Assembly (NCBI GenBank): GCA_038523235.1 | Contig: JBCBJQ010000001.1 | Coordinates: 147,546-211,545 of the forward strand | Length of the DNA: 64,000 nt | Source of the DNA: Cyanobacteria bacterium J06626_4 | Lineage (GTDB): Bacteria > Cyanobacteriota > Cyanobacteriia > Phormidesmidales > Phormidesmidaceae | Direction: 5' to 3' | In this document: piece after piece, positions 59,142 to 64,000 of the stretch | Position numbering within the stretch: position 1 is the stretch's first letter | How the letters are laid out: each line of letters begins with the position of its first letter | Notes under the pieces: model-generated | What the model saw: the letters and a program-made list of their open reading frames with translations, nothing else | Databases searched by the model: none | Told to the model about the DNA's origin: nothing | Program-made: the position numbers and the translations under genes

Positions 59142-59999
59142 CTACCCCACCATGGTGCCGGCAAACACCTTGGCCGCTGGCCCGGTCATATAAACCCGAT
59201 TGTCGCTGGCCGACCACTCAATGCGCAGAGGCCCCCCCGGCAGCTCAACGGTGGCGGCGCGATCACAATTTTCCGTCAGCACACCAGCGACTAAAGCCGC
59301 ACAGGCCCCGGTGCCGCAGGCGAGAGTGGCACCGGCACCCCGTTCCCAAACGCGCATTTTGAGATAGTCGCGGCTGATGACTTCAATAAACTCGGTGTTG
59401 ATGCGCTGCGGAAAGGTCGGGTGGTGCTCAAACTGCGGGCCGAGTTCAGCCAGCGCGATCGCCGCCACGTCATTCACAAAGGTAATGCAGTGAGGGTTAC
59501 CCATACTGACGCAAGTGACAGCCCAGCTTTGGTCAGCCACGTCCAGCGGTTGATTGACCACTTGCTGATCCGCTGCCACCAGCGTGGTCGGAATCTCACC
59601 GGCTCGCAAAATCGGTTCTCCCATATCGACGGTCACCTGCCCGTCGGGCTGCAGCTTCGGAGTAATCGTCCCCGCTAGGGTATGAATGGCATACGCCTTA
59701 GGCGCAACGACGGCCTGACCATCATGGGTTTCTAACTCGGCAATGAATTGTGCTAAGCAGCGAATGCCATTGCCACACATCTCAGGCTCAGAACCATCTG
59801 AGTTAAGAATGCGCATGGTGTAATCGGTGCCCGCCTGCCCCGGCAAGGCAAAGATGACGCCATCAGCCCCAATGCCAAAGTTGCGATCGCACCATTTCAC
59901 TGCCTGCTCTGCCGTCAGCATCAGGTCAGCTTGATGCCGATTGTCTACTAAGACAAAGTCGTTGCCTAACCCGTGATATTTGCTAAATGCGATCGCCAT
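59142..59999 (-). CDS. dapF: Diaminopimelate epimerase
   Basis: [39 protein letters not shown]. Confidence 0.97.
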   Translation of the reverse strand: MAIAFSKYHGLGNDFVLVDNRHQADLMLTAEQAVKWCDRNFGIGADGVIFALPGQAGTDYTMRILNSDGSEPEMCGNGIRCLAQFIAELETHDGQAVVAPKAYAIHTLAGTITPKLQPDGQVTVDMGEPILRAGEIPTTLVAADQQVVNQPLDVADQSWAVTCVSMGNPHCITFVNDVAAIALAELGPQFEHHPTFPQRINTEFIEVISRDYLKMRVWERGAGATLACGTGACAALVAGVLTENCDRAATVELPGGPLRIEWSASDNRVYMTGPAAKVFAGTMVG

Positions 60000-60200
60000 C
60001 TTTACCTTTCCTCAACGAGCTGCCTTTTCGGGCGCTGCTGTCAGCTACGGGTCGATACCGGCCACAGCCTGCAACGCCCCCTATACAGACCGCTATTATC
60101 CTAGAACTTTCCCCCGGTCTGCGCGATCTAAATCTTGAAAAACGGGTAACCTTAAGGCCAGTATGAGTCGTTCACAAACCGTCAAAACCGGTTTGCAGCC

Positions 60201-60410
60201 ATGTCACTAGAACTCGAAACCGGACTACCTAGCACTCGATTGCTACAAGCCTATTTGCGCGAAAAACGCACCGTAGAAGTTAAGCTCGTCACGGGCGATA
60301 CGGTTACGGGCTCACTTTCCTGGCAAGATCCGCAGTGTGTTTGTCTGAATGTCGAGGGTGACTCTGTCGTCGTGTGGCGCTCGGCTCTGGTTTACATCAA
60401 AGGGGTTTAG
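60201..60410 (+). CDS. hfq: Cyanobacterial Hfq-like Sm protein
   Basis: GLPSTR.LQ, VEVKL.TGD...G...WQD; divergent from dapF as is typical in cyanobacteria. Confidence 0.88.
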   Translation: MSLELETGLPSTRLLQAYLREKRTVEVKLVTGDTVTGSLSWQDPQCVCLNVEGDSVVVWRSALVYIKGV

Positions 60411-60506
60411 GCCGCCCATCGAGTCGCGCGAGTGATCACTCACCGAACGTTCTCGCTGCTTTCCCTCTGTATTCTAACCATCACAACTTTTCCCCGAACT
60501 TCGTCC

Positions 60507-61436
60507 ATGAAACAGCACATCTCTTTCTATGGATTGCCGGGTCTTAACGCCGCCTTGAAAAAGCATCAATTTTCTTGGAAGTCGGTTTTGTTCATGACCT
60601 TGGCGGGGGCCATTACGCTCTTTGTTACACTGGCGCATCCACCCGCCTACGCCTACGACGTCTTGATCGCTCCCTCGGGGCCGCGTCAGGGCGATACCGT
60701 ATCGATTATCTCTAGCGAAAATCGAGGTAGCGCCCACGTGCCCGCCGTCTCCATCAATGGCACGGGTTACCCGACCTTTGCCGTGGGCCATGGTCGCTAT
60801 CGCACCTTTCTACCGACCAGTCCGCTGCACCCGTCGGGGGAATATGTCATTCGCGTTGAAGGCCCAGAGGGGCCTCGTAATCCTATGGTATGGCTCAGCG
60901 ATCGCGCCTTTCGCACGCAACGCATTACCCTGCCCCCTAGCCGCAGTAATCTAGGCACCGACTACGAGTTTGATCAAGTCGCGGCCTTTAAAGCAATTCT
61001 GAGTCCCGACAAATTGTGGAACGGCCCCTTTTTGCGCCCTAGTCAGGGCAGTGTCACCTCTGAATATGGCGTGCGACGCTACTACAACGGCGTGTTTGCC
61101 GAAGATTATTACCACCGAGGGGTCGATTACGCTGCCGCAACGGGTTCGCCAGTCATCGCGCCAGCAACGGGTAAAGTTGCCTTGGTGGGCCGCGTTGCCG
61201 ACGGCTTCGAGCTCCATGGCAACACCATTGGATTAGACCATGGCCAAGGGGTCGAGAGTATATTCATTCACCTCAACAGCATTAACGTGCAGCCGGGTAC
61301 AATCGTTCAGGCAGGTCAAGTGATCGGCACGATCGGGTCGACCGGCGCTTCGACAGGGCCGCATCTCCACTGGGGCTTATATGTCAACGGAGTGGCGGTC
61401 GACCCCAACCCGTGGCGCAATGGCTCTTTCGAATAA
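60507..61436 (+). CDS. M23 family metallopeptidase
   Basis: HRGVD (HxxxD), DHGQG, STGPHLHWG (HxH). Confidence 0.92.
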   Translation: MKQHISFYGLPGLNAALKKHQFSWKSVLFMTLAGAITLFVTLAHPPAYAYDVLIAPSGPRQGDTVSIISSENRGSAHVPAVSINGTGYPTFAVGHGRYRTFLPTSPLHPSGEYVIRVEGPEGPRNPMVWLSDRAFRTQRITLPPSRSNLGTDYEFDQVAAFKAILSPDKLWNGPFLRPSQGSVTSEYGVRRYYNGVFAEDYYHRGVDYAAATGSPVIAPATGKVALVGRVADGFELHGNTIGLDHGQGVESIFIHLNSINVQPGTIVQAGQVIGTIGSTGASTGPHLHWGLYVNGVAVDPNPWRNGSFE

Positions 61437-61474
61437 TCGATACAGAAAATAGATCTCTTGCGTCAATGTTGAGC

Positions 61475-61707
61475 GCCCCCTACCCCTACGACCAATACTG
61501 GGGGACTTTCGAACCGATAAGTAGGTCGCCATAAATAAACATTGCTGTAGGGTGCGTTGTGGTGACAGCCCAACGCACCGCCAGGGCGGGCTTTGGTGCG
61601 TCATGCTACGCGATGACACACCCTACGATAATTAGGGCTTTCTACTTATTAGGGACATACAGAACCTTCAAGAGCAGTTTCCCCAAATTTGGGGGACGGA
61701 AGGGGGC
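61475..61707. repeat. Nested palindromic repeat cluster containing a GTAG-type REP doublet (61547-61626)
   Basis: Inner GTAGGGTGCGTT..AACGCACC and GGTGCGTCAT..ATGACACACCCTAC; middle ATAAGTAG/CTACTTAT arms; outer GCCCCCT..CCAA..TGGGG / CCCCAAATTTGGGG..AGGGGGC arms. Confidence 0.75.
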
Positions 61708-62003
61708 CTTATTTTATTCGTGCAAGAGGTCTAATAAATAGTCCAGGCGCATATGGTCCAGGCGATCTGAGGTCGAGAGCCGCAAAGACCGTCAATCTTC
61801 TTGTGGCTACTGAGCTGCGAGACTTCCGTATCTTTAGTCATTTCGCCAGAGAATAAAGCGGAGAAATTGTCCCCGTGTCGAATTTCAAGGGCCTCAGGGC
61901 ACACTAGGCCCAGTCCCAGAAGGCGTGTCGGAATCTACTGACATGCTCTGGCTCTAGTTGTCCTTTGAGCGATGTCGATGACGCAAACGGAGCGTTAGAA
62001 TCC

Positions 62004-62561
62004 ATGAGTATTGAAAATATTGTTGAACAAGCACTTAAAGACGGTTATCTGACGCCAGCCATGGAAGCCGAAGTCGGACGCATTTGCGACACGGCTTCCG
62101 AGCTTTCGATCGAAGAGTATATGTCGCTTGATCGCCTGATGGGGGCGCTGCTAACCGGAGAGGTGGTCGCCGTTCCTCGCAAGCAGTTCATCAACGTGAT
62201 GGAAGAACTGGTACTCACCGAAGCGATTTCTCGCGTTGCCGAGATCGAGGCCAGCTCTAACTCAACACTCGACTTGGGCGATATTGCCGCCTACGCCCTC
62301 AACCGCTTGCCACCGCTTTATGCCACCACTGAAGAGGGGGCAGCCTTTCAGCGCAATAATGCCAAAACTGAGCTGTCAATGCTGATTGCTGACCAGGTCA
62401 AAGAAGCCATTGCCCGTAGCCTTAATCAACCCGAATTTTATCCTGAGCGCCAGATCTTAGGTAAGCCGCAGCCGGGTGAAAGTGTGCTAGGTCAGGTTAG
62501 CGAGCTGCTACAGGACTACGCCCACAAATTTACGCCAGAAACCCAAGGGGCGGCTCAGTAA
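62004..62561 (+). CDS. ComFB-domain protein, CdgR-like putative cyclic dinucleotide receptor
   Basis: INVMEELV and DIAAYALNRLPPLYATTEEG ComFB signature, preceded by a small helical N-domain. Confidence 0.82.
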   Translation: MSIENIVEQALKDGYLTPAMEAEVGRICDTASELSIEEYMSLDRLMGALLTGEVVAVPRKQFINVMEELVLTEAISRVAEIEASSNSTLDLGDIAAYALNRLPPLYATTEEGAAFQRNNAKTELSMLIADQVKEAIARSLNQPEFYPERQILGKPQPGESVLGQVSELLQDYAHKFTPETQGAAQ

Positions 62562-62756
62562 CGCACGCGGCTATTAGCGATCGCCAAGATGCTTGGGGAT
62601 CATCGCCTCGGCCGATCGAGCAGCGGCAGTTGCTAGCAGCACAGATCGCTAAAGAGATCGCCGACAAACTGACTCAGACCGGGTGTCACTTTCATGAGCA
62701 GAGTCATAGGCATCAGCTTCACCCGCCCTTCAGACAATGCCACAGCGAGAATCGCC

Positions 62757-63206
62757 TTAGAGATCGGTAGCTGGGGTTGCCTGGCTGCCATGGGGCGCTG
62801 TTTTGCTCTCGCGAACCATCTGTACCCCATGAATCGGACAGTTGGGAATGTCGTCAGCCGCCTGTCGCCGATACCAAACTTGGTGACAACTGGCGACCGG
62901 ACAAACATAGCGAGGGCTAGCCACGACGCCCGCTTTGCCTGGTAGCGGCTGATAGGTACGGATGATGGGTAATATTGCTGCTGCCGGTTGACGGTCTTCT
63001 AAATAGAGGCGTACCCATTCTCGAGTGGGCTCTGCTGACGACAACACATTAAGAATACCGGTACTCTGCGCCTCTGAATCAGCGGCCGTACGGAGGCTCA
63101 GGTCTAACCGTTGCGCCATGATTTCAGCATCTGGATGAGTGAGTAGCTCTGACAAATAGGGACGAATTTCTCGGGCTGCTTGCAAAACATCAGCGGGGGA
63201 AGTCAT
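62757..63206 (-). CDS. Hypothetical protein with C-terminal zinc-ribbon-like motif
   Basis: YVCPVASC...WYR......PNCPIHG. Confidence 0.6.
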   Translation of the reverse strand: MTSPADVLQAAREIRPYLSELLTHPDAEIMAQRLDLSLRTAADSEAQSTGILNVLSSAEPTREWVRLYLEDRQPAAAILPIIRTYQPLPGKAGVVASPRYVCPVASCHQVWYRRQAADDIPNCPIHGVQMVRESKTAPHGSQATPATDL

Positions 63207-63522
63207 GACGTACCTCACTTGAGACAAATAGAGTCACTTATAAAAACGGTATTATCAGCTACTCCAGTGATTTTAGCGCTGCGATGTCACCCTCTTGACG
63301 AGGTGACGCATAGACTATGACTTCAGTTTCTGTGCCTTAGCCTCGACAAGAGCAAAGATAGCCAGCCCCAAGCAGGGGAAGAAAGAATTTTGGTTAGGTA
63401 TTTTGCCATAACTCCCCATGGATTCCCAAAACCAACTTGGAGAGCAGGGGAAACTAGCGGCAGCGCAGCCAGATTGATCGGCTGGTCTCAGAGCATCGGT
63501 GTAAATTGACCAGCCCATAAAC

Positions 63523-63552
63523 AAAAAGCGAGAAGCCGTGGCTTCTCGCTTT
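63523..63552 (-). terminator. Intrinsic terminator after petF
   Basis: AAAGCGAGAAGCC GT GGCTTCTCGCTTT hairpin with an A run giving a U tail on the minus strand. Confidence 0.8.
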
Positions 63553-63584
63553 CACAAGTAATGTGTCCTAGCTGTAGCAGCAGC

Positions 63585-63884
63585 TTAGTACAGGTCTTCT
63601 TCCTTGTGAGTTTCGATGGTGCAATCGGAAGTAGGATAAGCGACACAAGTCAAAACAAAGCCTGCTTCAATCTGGTCGTCATCGAGGAAGGACTGATCAG
63701 ACTGATCAATGCCGCCAGCGGTGATCTTACCGGCACAAGTGGAACAAGCGCCAGCACGGCAGGAGTAAGGAAGATCAATGCCCTGCTCTTCAGCCGCATC
63801 GAGAATGTACATATCGTCAGCGACTTCGATCGTGGTGTTTAAACCTTCGGATTCGTTGACTAAAGTTACTTTGTAAGATGCCAT
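63585..63884 (-). CDS. petF: Plant-type [2Fe-2S] ferredoxin I
   Basis: [33 protein letters not shown]. Confidence 0.97.
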   Translation of the reverse strand: MASYKVTLVNESEGLNTTIEVADDMYILDAAEEQGIDLPYSCRAGACSTCAGKITAGGIDQSDQSFLDDDQIEAGFVLTCVAYPTSDCTIETHKEEDLY

Positions 63885-64000
63885 ACTGCAATCCTCTTAA
63901 CAAAAATGGGAACCGTTATTTCAGCAAACTGCTAACACTGTGTCGAGAACAAAAATGGAGACACGATTAATTAAGTTTGCTTTCTTATTCGATACTACGG

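Noticed and set aside
61775..61830. GCCGCAAAG upstream of the ComFB gene as a possible c-di-GMP-I riboswitch
   Set aside because: Lacks the preceding GGCAAA/GNRA P2 stem and the tetraloop receptor arrangement.

Overview
Mostly core chromosome of a cyanobacterium. The HIP1 octamer GCGATCGC recurs throughout, and the gene content and moderate GC suggest a Leptolyngbya/Nodosilinea-like filamentous strain (inferred). The window holds ndhCKJ, rubA-ycf48-psbEFLJ, petCA, petF, rpsP-khpA-phoH, rps1, rsmA-ispE, prs, aroB, hisB, dapF-hfq, surE, furA, ftsX, tatA and a KtrB/TrkH subunit. I saw no rRNA, tRNA, CRISPR array, transposase or prophage. Three things stand out. (1) A dispersed DNA end-processing set: a HerA ATPase with no NurA partner but near an EEP / PD-(D/E)XK nuclease gene pair, a Rad50/SbcC-like ATPase lacking the CxxC zinc hook, an SbcD with a clamp-binding-like tail and a near-LexA box, and DprA. 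(2) A three-gene permease / TIGR03943 / Ig-propeller operon lying tail-to-tail with furA. (3) A rich non-coding repeat layer: a perfect 54-bp palindrome, a 100-bp two-copy repeat, a MITE-like element and a triple-nested palindromic repeat. All family calls are from motif recognition by eye, not database searches, and several start codons were moved downstream from the ORF track.
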